In this document: one piece after another, positions 10,468 through 20,204 of the stretch
How the letters are laid out: each line of letters starts with the position of its first letter
Numbering within the stretch: position 1 is the stretch's first letter
Assembly: GCA_052246995.1 (NCBI GenBank)
Contig: JBQPWD010000001.1
Location: forward strand, 128,001-192,000
Length of the DNA stretch: 64,000 bases
DNA from: Candidatus Bathyarchaeota archaeon
GTDB taxonomy: Archaea > Thermoproteota > Bathyarchaeia > Hecatellales > Hecatellaceae
Direction: 5' to 3'
Translations under genes and position numbers: made by a program
The notes under the pieces: generated by a model
Told to the model about the DNA's origin: nothing
Database searches by the model: none
What the model saw: the letters and a program-made list of their open reading frames with translations, nothing else

Positions 10468-11160
10468 CTACTCAGGATACTGATAAACTTCAAGTTGTTT
10501 AATAATTCTAGGTTTTACTTCTTTTGTTTTTCCCACCAATATTTCAGCAAATTTTTTAAGATTTTCAGGCTTATCGGTATGGTATGGAATAGCCACTTTA
10601 GGTTTTACAAGTTCAGCAATTTCAACTCCGCTTGCTGGTGACGCTCCAGGAGCTATTCCAACAGTACAAAATGCTATATCTATACTATATTTCTTGCCTA
10701 TTTCTCTCATTTCAGGATAAGGTTTGCTATCACTTGAATGATATATCCTTATATTTTCACTTGTTGTTAGAACAAATGTAAGTGGCTGATTTGCCGGATG
10801 GCTTGAATGTTCCGCGTTAAGAATAATATCTCCAACCGAGGCTTCTTCACCGACATTTAAAGCTTTAATTTTAACTGGAGAAACTTCTTTAAGTTGCTTT
10901 GCAATGTATGGTGTTGTAACAATTGTTGCATTTGTTTGTTTCCATATTTTTACTACTGTTTTAGGATCAAAATGGTCATAGTGCTCATGAGTTATGATAA
11001 GAGCGTCTGCATTTAACACGTCTTCAGGTTTAGTATTTACAGGGTCAAAGATTGCTACCGATTTTGGAGTTTTAACAACAACTCCTGAATAGTTATTAAA
11101 CCATGCTATTGCCACTTTTTTTCCTGATACAGCTAACTCTAAAATTTTTTTAACGCTCAT
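10468..11160 (-). CDS. Metallo-beta-lactamase fold hydrolase
   Basis: Motifs THEHYDH, YHSSD and IPYH. Confidence 0.87.
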   Translation of the reverse strand: MSVKKILELAVSGKKVAIAWFNNYSGVVVKTPKSVAIFDPVNTKPEDVLNADALIITHEHYDHFDPKTVVKIWKQTNATIVTTPYIAKQLKEVSPVKIKALNVGEEASVGDIILNAEHSSHPANQPLTFVLTTSENIRIYHSSDSKPYPEMREIGKKYSIDIAFCTVGIAPGASPASGVEIAELVKPKVAIPYHTDKPENLKKFAEILVGKTKEVKPRIIKQLEVYQYPE

Positions 11161-11212
11161 TACTCATCAATAAAAGTTTAATCTAAAGAGACTTAAAAAA
11201 TTAGTTTTGTTT

Positions 11213-12154
11213 TTATAGTTTAACTATTATTTCAAGCTTATCCATAAGTTCCTTATACCTATTCCTCACGGTAACTTCTGTAACGTTTGCTATTGAGGCT
11301 ACTTCTCTCTGGGTTTTTCTTTCACCAAGTAGCATAGATGCAATGTAGGTCGCTGCAGCCGCTATACCGGTTGGGCCCCTTCCACTAGTTAAACGTAGAT
11401 TTTTAGCTATTTTTAGTATTGTTGCAGCAACGTTTTCAACTTCGCCAGTTACCTGTAACTGGTTGGAGAACTTTGAAATATACGAGGAAGGTAAAAGCGG
11501 AGGTACAAATTCTTCCAACTCTTTGGTTAAAAACCTGTAACATCTACCAATTTCCTTCTTACTTACATAGGTAGCTTGGGCAATTTCATCAAGTGTTCTT
11601 GGAACATTACACTTTCTACATGACATGTAGATTGCTGCTGCCGCAACACCCTGAATAGACCTTCCTCTTATTAAATGTTTTTTAACAGCTTTTCTGTAAA
11701 GTAGAGCTGCTGTTTCAAGAATATTTTTTGAGAGATTCAAAACTGAGGACATTTTACTCATTTCCGATAATGCAAAGGCTAAGTTCCTCTCGGAGGCATC
11801 CGCTATGCGCACTCTTCTATGCCACTTTCTTAGCGCAAACGCATGACCTGCTTGATTTGGAAGTAAACTCTTACCATAAGTATCTTGGTTATGCCAATCT
11901 ATAAGGGTTGATAATCCCTTATCATGGATAGTGTAAGTTAGTGGTGCGCCAACCCTTGTTCTTTTTGCTTTTTGTTCATTGTTAAAAGCTCGCCACTCAG
12001 GCCCTGTATTAGTTATTTTGGTATCGACAACGTAGCCACAACTCATACATACAATTTCTCCTTGTTCATAATCGTTTATTAAGCGGGAACTCCCACATTC
12101 AGGGCAGATTTTAGATTTAGTTCTTATATTCTGGGATGAGCTTTTTTTACTCAA
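11213..12154 (-). CDS. tfb: Transcription initiation factor IIB
   Basis: Zinc ribbon CPECGS...CMSCG, B-finger GPEWRAF and VTEVTVRNRYKEL. GGAGGAG SD precedes a TTG start. Confidence 0.97.
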   Translation of the reverse strand: MSKKSSSQNIRTKSKICPECGSSRLINDYEQGEIVCMSCGYVVDTKITNTGPEWRAFNNEQKAKRTRVGAPLTYTIHDKGLSTLIDWHNQDTYGKSLLPNQAGHAFALRKWHRRVRIADASERNLAFALSEMSKMSSVLNLSKNILETAALLYRKAVKKHLIRGRSIQGVAAAAIYMSCRKCNVPRTLDEIAQATYVSKKEIGRCYRFLTKELEEFVPPLLPSSYISKFSNQLQVTGEVENVAATILKIAKNLRLTSGRGPTGIAAAATYIASMLLGERKTQREVASIANVTEVTVRNRYKELMDKLEIIVKL

Positions 12155-12181
12155 ACTTTTTACTCCTCCTTTTACATTTAA

Positions 12182-12484
12182 CTACTTAAATTTTCTCACT
12201 TTTCTTTCCAAAACAAACAATGTTCTACCAGGGTTTTTCTTAAAGTATGGTGACACAGATTTTACAGAAACGTAGGGCGAATTAACAGGACCTATAACAT
12301 CAAAAACTACACCAATTTCTCCTTCTTCTCCATCAAAAACCCTTGCTCCAATTTTTGGAACAAAATCAGCCTTGACTATAATGTTTTTTGTAGTTTCTGA
12401 AACATGCAAAATTTTTCCAAGTTTTCTTAGACTATAAGATTTGTCAGGAATAGAAGTTTTCTTCATCATCCACGCAGAATCCAT
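12182..12484 (-). CDS. gar1: H/ACA RNP component Gar1/Naf1
   Basis: IGVVFDVIGPVNSPY motif and conserved position upstream of tfb. The exact start is uncertain. Confidence 0.88.
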   Translation of the reverse strand: MDSAWMMKKTSIPDKSYSLRKLGKILHVSETTKNIIVKADFVPKIGARVFDGEEGEIGVVFDVIGPVNSPYVSVKSVSPYFKKNPGRTLFVLERKVRKFK

Positions 12485-12595
12485 AAAACACCCATTAATT
12501 TAAGTTTTTCTGCTTAAATTTTGCTTTAGAAGTTAAGAGGTAACGTAAAAGTAGGTTTAATGCTGAATTGTCTTCTTAGTAAGCCTATTAAAATG

Positions 12596-12886
12596 TTATT
12601 TCCTTCTCAGCTCAAGTATTTTTTCCGCAAGCATCCTTAAGGTTTTACTTTTTGTTTCTTTCTTATCAACAACAACGTAGCCTGGTTTGCTCCACCAAGC
12701 CCTTGGATGCTTTGCCTCAGCTTTTAATTTAGCATTAAGATTTAAGGCTTCTGCAGCCTTAACAACCTCCTCAAGTTTGAGATTTTCAATTGCAAGTTTT
12801 TTTGGTATTTTCCTTCCCTCTTTTCGTGTTTTGGATATGTCAAAATATGCTAACCAGATTATACACTTATCTTCAAGCTTTCTCAT
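12596..12886 (-). CDS. srp19: Signal recognition particle protein SRP19
   Basis: Motifs IIWLAYFDISKTRKEGRKIPK and HPRAWW. Confidence 0.95.
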   Translation of the reverse strand: MRKLEDKCIIWLAYFDISKTRKEGRKIPKKLAIENLKLEEVVKAAEALNLNAKLKAEAKHPRAWWSKPGYVVVDKKETKSKTLRMLAEKILELRRK

Positions 12887-12911
12887 TATATCCCCGCATT
12901 TTAAAACAGCC

Positions 12912-13295
12912 TTATTTTTCTATTAAAACAGCATTAACAACACCATTTTGGGACGGTCTTGAAGTTACTACTGCTTTTCCTTCCTCGGTTTCGATTATAG
13001 TGCCCCTTGTGATAACTCCCCTTCTATCATAGTCTGGATTTGCGGGATTTTTAACAACCCTTAAAATTTTTACAGTTTTAGTTTTACCTGTTTTTGGGTT
13101 TGAAACTTGTGCTACATCAGTTGATACTAGACGGTTTTTAATGTTTCCCCCTCTAACCCTAATTAAAACTCTGTAGTTTTTTCCTATAATAGTTTCAGTT
13201 GCAGGCCTACCTCTTTCAAATTTTCTTTTACCCCTATATGGCCTCCTCCTTCCACCAGTAGATTTTCTTTTATGAAGGTCTGAATGCCAAGCCAT
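12912..13295 (-). CDS. rps8e: 30S ribosomal protein S8e
   Basis: Motifs KRKSTGG, RVRGGN and VTSRPSQNGVVNA. Confidence 0.97.
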   Translation of the reverse strand: MAWHSDLHKRKSTGGRRRPYRGKRKFERGRPATETIIGKNYRVLIRVRGGNIKNRLVSTDVAQVSNPKTGKTKTVKILRVVKNPANPDYDRRGVITRGTIIETEEGKAVVTSRPSQNGVVNAVLIEK

Positions 13296-13443
13296 TTTTA
13301 TTCACCAATTTTTTCCTTTCCTAAGTACCGCTTTAATTATCCTTGTTAGGATTATACCTAGTTTAATATATGCTTTTATCATGAAAGGAAAAGCTTATAC
13401 ATTACCTAGGCCTATAAAGGCTAGAAACAGGAGAAGATAAGAA

Positions 13444-13674
13444 TTGGTTGAAATTGAAAAGCTTAAAAAGTTTATTGATGACGAAATTAAGCCAGCTTTA
13501 GAAATGGAAGGAGGATTTATAGAGCTTATTGATGTTAAAGAGGGGGTTGTTTTAGTTAGGTTAGGCGGTGCTTGTGCAGGTTGTCCTATGAGCCAATTTA
13601 CACTAAAAAACTTTGTTGAGGCACTTATCAAAGAAAACTTTCCAGACGTTAAAGAGGTAGTAACCTTAGCGTAA
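13444..13674 (+). CDS. NifU/NfuA C-terminal domain Fe-S carrier
   Basis: Motifs IKPALEMEGG and LGGACAGCPMS. Confidence 0.9.
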   Translation: MVEIEKLKKFIDDEIKPALEMEGGFIELIDVKEGVVLVRLGGACAGCPMSQFTLKNFVEALIKENFPDVKEVVTLA

Positions 13675-13686
13675 ATTCTTATTCAT

Positions 13687-15159
13687 CTACCTTGTTTGAA
13701 CTTGGCATACAAGCTTTTCCCATAACTCTTTATTTCTTATGCATCCTGGGTCTGGGGCTAGATAATCTCCAAAGTATCCGTAAGCTCTTGCACGACATCC
13801 TCCACAAACATATTTAAATTTACAAACTCCGCAATTTGGTTTTAAAACCTCCCTATTACGTAACTCTTGGAAAACTTTGTTTTTTTCCCATATTTCTTCA
13901 AAGTTATCCTTTAAGATCTCACCAACTTTGAGTGGGAAAAATACGCAAGGAGTTATGCTTCCATCATGCTCAATAGCACAGTAAAACCTCCCAGCTCCGC
14001 ATCCACCAATAAACTCGCTTAAATCTACGAGTTGTCCGTATAAATGTGGATTGTAAAAGTGTGTTGGAATAATTAGTTCTTCCTTGGCCTTTTTTTCAAG
14101 TTTTTCCTCAGTTTGTAATGCAACCCTAGCATACTGGGGTGCTGTTGAAAGAACATCTGGTTTGATGTTTGACCTAAGCTTAAACCATAAACTTTCAAGA
14201 AGTTTTTCTCTTTCCTCTGGAGAGAGGTCATTTTCAATTATAAACCTTCCTCTACCAGTTGGAACAAAGTTGTACATCATCCACCAATCAACATCGAGTT
14301 TACCGCACAAGTTAACAATCTCTAAGATTTCCAAATAGTTTAGTTTTGTCGCTGTAGTTGCAACTTCAACAAATATTCCCTCCTCAACACAATTTTTAAT
14401 TCCGTTAATAGCTTTCTCGAAAACACCTGGAACGCCACGGAAGTTTTCATGAGTTTCGGGTTTAGCACCATCTAAACTTATTTGAACATAACCAATTCCC
14501 TCATGCTTTAACCTTTTAACAGTATCCTTTGACAGCAAAGTTCCGTTTGTTGCTACAGCTGTAAAAATCCCATAGCTGTTAGCTCTTTCTAAAACTTGGA
14601 AAAAATCTTTTCTTATTAATGGTTCTCCTCCTGAAAATGCTAGAATAGTTACGCCTGCATCTGCAAGCTTATCAACAACCTTTAAAGCTTCATTAGTGTT
14701 AAGCTCACCTATACTTGGTAAACCTGCCGAGGCATAGCAATGTTTACAGTGAAGATTGCATAACTGAGTAAAATTCCAAACAACAAGAAATGGTGCTCCT
14801 GGAACAAAGGGTCTTTTTACGCCGAACCTTGAAATTCCTTGTAAAACATTTATAAGACCTTTTCTCCAGTAAACATTCTCAAACTTTTCCTTAATTTTTA
14901 ACTCGTTAAGTCCAAAAGCCTCTCCTCCCTTTTTGATAGTCCACCTAACAAGAGGGTAAACGATTTTTGAACATGTCCAGCATGCCTTACTCCTCTTGTT
15001 GGCAAAAAGTTCTAATGCAACTTCAACCCTGCTTTTACCATCTTTCTTACATTTAGAGGAGAATTTTTTTAAAAGGTATCTTATAGATTTTCTGTTTATG
15101 GTTGACTTTAAAACTTCAATCGACTGGACTGTAGTATCTTCAACTTTTTCTTTAGCCAA
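13687..15159 (-). CDS. Radical SAM protein with SPASM domain (PqqE/NirJ-like)
   Basis: CNLHCKHC and SGGEP motifs, SPASM cysteines CGAG...PC...CGVCKFKYVCGGCR...C, and an N-terminal Cys-containing extension. Confidence 0.92.
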   Translation of the reverse strand: MAKEKVEDTTVQSIEVLKSTINRKSIRYLLKKFSSKCKKDGKSRVEVALELFANKRSKACWTCSKIVYPLVRWTIKKGGEAFGLNELKIKEKFENVYWRKGLINVLQGISRFGVKRPFVPGAPFLVVWNFTQLCNLHCKHCYASAGLPSIGELNTNEALKVVDKLADAGVTILAFSGGEPLIRKDFFQVLERANSYGIFTAVATNGTLLSKDTVKRLKHEGIGYVQISLDGAKPETHENFRGVPGVFEKAINGIKNCVEEGIFVEVATTATKLNYLEILEIVNLCGKLDVDWWMMYNFVPTGRGRFIIENDLSPEEREKLLESLWFKLRSNIKPDVLSTAPQYARVALQTEEKLEKKAKEELIIPTHFYNPHLYGQLVDLSEFIGGCGAGRFYCAIEHDGSITPCVFFPLKVGEILKDNFEEIWEKNKVFQELRNREVLKPNCGVCKFKYVCGGCRARAYGYFGDYLAPDPGCIRNKELWEKLVCQVQTR

Positions 15160-15225
15160 AATTTAAGCCACCTAGAGTTATATTAACTATTGGCGTTGTT
15201 TTTCAGGTGGGAGGATACTCCTTAA

Positions 15226-15240
15226 CGTAAAATATATAAT
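15226..15240 (+). promoter_or_regulatory. BRE/TATA promoter of the C/D-box sRNA candidate
   Basis: CGTAAAATATATAAT lies about 25-30 nt upstream of the box C candidate. Confidence 0.45.
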
Positions 15241-15262
15241 GTTTCGTTGTATTTTACTTTTT

Positions 15263-15336
15263 GGCGATGACGAAAGCTGGTATTACAGAGTAAGCTTACC
15301 TAACCTTATGATGAAGAATGAAACCAGGACAGAGCT
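15263..15336 (+). ncRNA. C/D-box guide sRNA candidate
   Basis: Box C-like ATGACGA (15267), D'-like CAGA (15286), C' ATGATGA (15308) and D-like CAGA (15330). The first guide, GCTGGTATTA, is antisense to the conserved archaeal 16S sequence TAATACCAGC. Confidence 0.65.
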
Positions 15337-15337
15337 T

Positions 15338-15868
15338 TTACTCTTTTTCTTCGAGGCGTGCCAGTGTAAAAAGTAGGTCTGCAACTCTGTTAAGGTAACA
15401 CCCTAACTCTAAATTTTTAACTTTTCCATCGTGAATGAGTTTATGAACTTTTCTTTCAGCTCTTCTAACAATTGTACGTGCAAAATCTAAAGTTGCTGAA
15501 ACAGGGTTCTTTCCTGGGATGACAAAGTGTTTTCCTATCTCCACTTTTTCTAGAAGTTTTTCCAGAATTTCTTCTACTTCCTCAACATGCCTTCTTGTTA
15601 ACTTAAATGGGGCTTTATCGTATGCTTCGAGAGGAGTTGAGAGTTCGGAACATATGTCATATAAAGTTTTCTGAATCTTAAGTATAGTTTCCACAACCTC
15701 TCCATTTTTTGACAATGCTTTTGCTAAACCTAAAACTGATACTGCTTCATCTATTGTGCCGTATGCTTCAACTCTCTCATCATATTTGGGTACCCTTTTA
15801 CCATCCAGTAAACTTGTATATCCATGATCTCCAGCCTTAGAAAATTTAAAAAGTTTACCTTCAACCAT
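15338..15868 (-). CDS. pduO: PduO-type ATP:cob(I)alamin adenosyltransferase
   Basis: Motifs GDHGYTSL, RVEAYGTIDE, ARTIVRRAER and YLNRVADLLF. Confidence 0.93.
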   Translation of the reverse strand: MVEGKLFKFSKAGDHGYTSLLDGKRVPKYDERVEAYGTIDEAVSVLGLAKALSKNGEVVETILKIQKTLYDICSELSTPLEAYDKAPFKLTRRHVEEVEEILEKLLEKVEIGKHFVIPGKNPVSATLDFARTIVRRAERKVHKLIHDGKVKNLELGCYLNRVADLLFTLARLEEKE

Positions 15869-16045
15869 TATCTTTTCCCCTTTAAATCTTGTATGTGTTT
15901 AATGTAACCTTAACTTTAGCGGTAGTATCAATGGTAAAGTATTTTGTTAACCTTTATCAAGAAAATTCTAGCTTAAAATGTTTTTAGCTTTACCTCTAGA
16001 GTTATAAGATAGACCATTTCTTCTTAAAATTTTTGATGAGAAAAG

Positions 16046-16987
16046 TTGAAGAATTCTGAACTTGTAGTTATTGGGCATCTTTCAATAGACCGTGTAAAAA
16101 ATAAGTGGGGTGAAAATGTTCAGCCTGGTGGTGCTGCTTTATACACTTCTCTCGGAGCCAAAGTTTTAATGGATGAAGTTAGAGTTATTTCGGTTGTTGG
16201 AAAAGATTATCGTTATCTTGACTTTATATACTCAAATTTTCCAGGTTCAATCATCAAGAAAGTTAACCTTCCATCAACATTTTTTAGGATAAGTTATGAT
16301 GAAAAGTTTAAAGCAAAATATGATGAGGTTAAGCTTGGTGCTGGTGCATTATTAAGGGTTAATGACATACCTTACCACCTCATTAAAAAGGAGAATCTTT
16401 TTCATATAGCTCCATTATCTCCAAGAAAGGCTGAACGTTTTATAGATAAAATTAAGGGTAGGTCTCCAGGTGCATGGGTTTCAATGACAACATCTCCTGA
16501 CTATATTGAAAAATCTAGTAATAGGAAAATTCTTAGAAGAATTATGAGCAAAGTTGACCTTTTTATTGTTAATGACTATGAAGCAATGCTTCTTGCTGAA
16601 ACTGAAAGCTTAATTTCAGCTGTAAGCTCTTTAAAGGCTAAAAGGCTAGCTGTAACTTTAGGTCCCGTTGGAGCGATTTTTGTTGAAAATGGAAAAATTC
16701 AGATGATTCCTGCTCTTAGTGGTTTAACGTTAAATCCTAAAGACACAACTGGTGCTGGAGATACTTGGTGTGGTTGTCTTCTTGCCTCCTACATTAAAAC
16801 TGGCGATTGGACAAAATCTGTTGTTGCAGCATGCCTTATTTCGGCTATTAAATGTTTAGATTGGGGTTTTGAAAAAATTAAGAGGCTTAGATTTAGAAAC
16901 TTGGATGATGTCATTGTTCATGTTTTAAGTCTAAGTCAAAATACAGGCCAGTTAACGTTAGAGGAGTTTTTAAGTAGAGATGTTTAA
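16046..16987 (+). CDS. PfkB/ribokinase family kinase with C-terminal PIP-box-like motif
   Basis: Motifs PGGAALY, NDYEA and DTTGAGD. The tail reads QLTLEEFL. Confidence 0.88.
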   Translation: MKNSELVVIGHLSIDRVKNKWGENVQPGGAALYTSLGAKVLMDEVRVISVVGKDYRYLDFIYSNFPGSIIKKVNLPSTFFRISYDEKFKAKYDEVKLGAGALLRVNDIPYHLIKKENLFHIAPLSPRKAERFIDKIKGRSPGAWVSMTTSPDYIEKSSNRKILRRIMSKVDLFIVNDYEAMLLAETESLISAVSSLKAKRLAVTLGPVGAIFVENGKIQMIPALSGLTLNPKDTTGAGDTWCGCLLASYIKTGDWTKSVVAACLISAIKCLDWGFEKIKRLRFRNLDDVIVHVLSLSQNTGQLTLEEFLSRDV

Positions 16988-17047
16988 CTTTAAAAGCTTT
17001 TCCAATACCCTACAATTTAAAGCTTATGTAACCACGGAGGTAGGTAA

Positions 17048-17323
17048 ATGTTTAACTTAAGAGACGTTTTAAATAGAATACGTTGGAATAAAAAGTTTAA
17101 CCCTGACGATTACGTCATCACATTTATTCATAGAGATGCTAAAAGTAACAGAAAGACAATTCCATATAGGGTTATAACTACCATAGGTAAATCTTGGTTT
17201 ACATATAAAAATAGTGAAACAGATGAGGAAACTTTTATTCCCTACCATAGAATCTTAGAAATAAGAAACGTTAAAACAGGTAAAATTTTATGGAGTAAAG
17301 TCTTAAAGCTAAAAAATAGTTAA
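17048..17323 (+). CDS. DUF504/MJ1316-like RNA-repair-associated protein
   Basis: Motifs RDVLNRIRW and FIPYHRILEI. GGAGGT SD upstream. Confidence 0.82.
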   Translation: MFNLRDVLNRIRWNKKFNPDDYVITFIHRDAKSNRKTIPYRVITTIGKSWFTYKNSETDEETFIPYHRILEIRNVKTGKILWSKVLKLKNS

Positions 17324-17712
17324 AAAATTGTGAAAATAGACACTTAGCCTTTTCTCTAAGCTATATTACTGGTTTATAGGAAGAATAAAAACCCGCCTTG
17401 AAGATTTAAAGAGAACTATGGACCAATGGGCCAGGACAAGCTCTATAAGCATGTTTCTACATTGGCTAAGGGTTCAACGATCCATCATCGGAGAATCTAA
17501 GTTCCTTCAAGGGAGAAGCTTTTCTAGATTGTTTAGTTTTAATTTTATGCTTGGTTTATAGAAATCAGTTACATGTATCCAAACTCGTTAATGCGCAAGG
17601 TTTTATGTTAAAGTGGGCATCTTATTAACTATTAACAAGGTTGTCTAATCTTACATACTGTTGATATCGGTAAAGCAACTACGCGACATCAAGTTAACGG
17701 TTACGCTTAACA

Positions 17713-18942
17713 TCAACTGAAACTGGAAATGATCCTATCCAAGTTCTTTCTCACAGCGTCTATAAACTCTTCGGTTGTTAGAACTGCTTTTATAGGTCCT
17801 TCGCATACCCTAGCTACATCTTGTGTAGTTATTCCATCTTCTATCGTAAGCTTTGTAGCTTTTTCAAGTATGTTGGCAAATTTGATTAAATCGTTTACTC
17901 CATCAATTTTACCTCTTCTTCTCAGGGCCTTGGACCACGCAAATATTATTGCTGTAGAGTTTGTGGAGGTTTTCTCGCCTTTAAGGTGTCGGTAGTAGTG
18001 CCGTTGGACAGTACCATGTGCTGCCTCGGACATATAGTAACCGCCAGGAGACATAAGCTCAGAGGTCATCATGGCAAGGCTACCTGTAAAGGCTGAAGCA
18101 ACCATGTCGGAAAGAATATCTCCATCATAGTTTTTTGTTGCCCAGACGAAACCCCCTTCAGACCTCATAACCCTAGAGTAGGCATCATCTATCAAGTAGT
18201 ACTCGTACTTTAATTTTCTCACTTCAAACAATTCCTTAAACTCCTCCTCGTAAACCTTGTAAAATATCTCCTTAAACCTAGCATCATAAACTTTTGATAT
18301 TGTTTCCTTAGCGGTAAACCAAACATCCAAGCTGTTAATTAGAGCGTACCTGAAGACCGACCGGGCAAAGGATTCTATTGACCTATCAAGATTATAGTAG
18401 GCTTGTAAAACACCTGAACCTGGAAGCTTAGGTAGCTTTACTTTGAGCTCTCTGCCTGACATAGACTTGAAGGTAACTTCAGCTTCACCTGGCTCGTCAA
18501 ACTTTAATCCTACACCGGAGTATATGTCTCCAAAAGCATGTCGAGCGACGACTATTGGTTTCTTCCAGAACCTAACCGCTGGTGTAATGTTTTTAACCAT
18601 GATTGGGGTTCTGAATATGGTTCCATCAAGTATCTCCCTTATGGTTGCATTTGGGCTTCTCCACTCCTTCTTTAAATTGTATTCCTTAACCCTCTCAGCG
18701 TTTGGTGTAATTGTGGCACACTTAACTCCAACACCCCACTTCTTAATTGCCTCAGCCGCTCTAACAGTGACCTCGTCGTTGGTTTCATCTCTAACCTTTA
18801 AGCCTAGGTCGTAGTACTCTACTTTGAGCTCCACGTAAGGCTTAATAAGTTTCTCCTTAACCCAATGCCACATAACCCTGGCCATTTCGTCCCCGTCTAT
18901 TTCAACTATAGGGTTGAGCATCACAATTTTATCCATACCCAA
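17713..18942 (-). CDS. icd: NADP-dependent isocitrate dehydrogenase, type II (eukaryote/Thermotoga-like)
   Basis: Motifs DGDEMAR, GVKCATITP, SPNATIR, KNYDGD and EAAHGTVQRHY. Confidence 0.95.
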   Translation of the reverse strand: MGMDKIVMLNPIVEIDGDEMARVMWHWVKEKLIKPYVELKVEYYDLGLKVRDETNDEVTVRAAEAIKKWGVGVKCATITPNAERVKEYNLKKEWRSPNATIREILDGTIFRTPIMVKNITPAVRFWKKPIVVARHAFGDIYSGVGLKFDEPGEAEVTFKSMSGRELKVKLPKLPGSGVLQAYYNLDRSIESFARSVFRYALINSLDVWFTAKETISKVYDARFKEIFYKVYEEEFKELFEVRKLKYEYYLIDDAYSRVMRSEGGFVWATKNYDGDILSDMVASAFTGSLAMMTSELMSPGGYYMSEAAHGTVQRHYYRHLKGEKTSTNSTAIIFAWSKALRRRGKIDGVNDLIKFANILEKATKLTIEDGITTQDVARVCEGPIKAVLTTEEFIDAVRKNLDRIISSFS

Positions 18943-19108
18943 TACACATCTAGAAGATTGAGTACAACAAGGCTATAAAAGTTGATTATTTTGCTCTGAT
19001 TTTTATCTTTCCTACTCAAAGAAGGGGTTACTTCCTCTAGAGTTTAGCTTATAGTGGAAAAGTGTAAATAATGGATGTAAACGTAAAAAGTGTAAAGGTG
19101 AATGTGAA

Positions 19109-20068
19109 TTGAATAAACCTGTAGACTTTCTTATTGCTATGGCCCTCTCAGCCATATTTACATTGGTGTTAACATTTCTAGTGTTTGAAGTTGCGAGGGT
19201 TATGAATGAATTCTTGTTAAACTTTTTCCCAGATCAAGTGCTGCTTTCGGAATGGGAGAAAACTAAGGAGGTAGTGGAATGTTTAAGACCATATGGCTAT
19301 GCTGCCTTTGGAGCAGTTTTAGGTTTAATAATTTCAGGTTTTCTTGTTAAAAAATGTTATATTTCCACAGTTGGCTCTATATTTCTGTATTTACCAGTTT
19401 TTGGTCATTTTGCTTTTACAATGTTTTTCCTTGCTGGTGTTGGTGTTATGAGGTTTTTATGGCTTCCTATGCTGGATTTATCTCCACTACTTCTACAAAT
19501 GGGTGATGTTGTCTACACACCTTATTTTCTCCTAGTGCTTCTATTTAGGGTTGTGGGTTTGGATGTAGCTGCCCCGTTAAGCCTCATAATCATGAGTGCT
19601 GGAATTCTGGTTTTCATGTCTGGGGCTTCAGCATGGCTTTATGGAAAGTTTAATAGACGTGAAATTGTTGATTTTTGGATTTACAAATATTCAAGACATC
19701 CCCAGTACCTAGGTTTTCTGTTGTGGACCTATGGTTTGCTTACTTTAACAACATCTCTTCCAACTCCTCGAGGCGGCTACTTTCCCAGTCCAAGCCTACC
19801 TTGGCTTGTTTCAGCTTTAATAGTTGTTGCCGTTGCTCTATTTGAAGAGATACAAATGGTTAAAAGTTATGGTGAAAAATATATAAAATATCGGGGTGTC
19901 ACACCATTTATGTTACCACTTCCAAGGCAACTTTCAAAGTTAACGGCAAGATTTGTAAATGTTCTGATAAAAAAGAGTCTACCTGAAAGTGGGAAGGAGG
20001 TTCTTTACATCATCACCATTTTCGGTTTTATCTTTATTTTACTGTCAATCCCATTTTTGCTAATATAA
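19109..20068 (+). CDS. Membrane protein of the isoprenylcysteine/phospholipid methyltransferase (DUF1295-like) family
   Basis: Multiple TM segments, with motifs YKYSRHPQYLG and EE...YGEKYIKY. Confidence 0.75.
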   Translation: MNKPVDFLIAMALSAIFTLVLTFLVFEVARVMNEFLLNFFPDQVLLSEWEKTKEVVECLRPYGYAAFGAVLGLIISGFLVKKCYISTVGSIFLYLPVFGHFAFTMFFLAGVGVMRFLWLPMLDLSPLLLQMGDVVYTPYFLLVLLFRVVGLDVAAPLSLIIMSAGILVFMSGASAWLYGKFNRREIVDFWIYKYSRHPQYLGFLLWTYGLLTLTTSLPTPRGGYFPSPSLPWLVSALIVVAVALFEEIQMVKSYGEKYIKYRGVTPFMLPLPRQLSKLTARFVNVLIKKSLPESGKEVLYIITIFGFIFILLSIPFLLI

Positions 20069-20204
20069 AGGCACAAACATAGTTTTATGTTTAGAACTTC
20101 CTAAAATTTTTGTGGTTTTTGGTTTTTTCCATAATATTTTTAAACTTACATAAAAAAGTTGTCAAATCTATCTTCAATGTTTCAAATAGCTTCTAGCTTT
20201 AATC

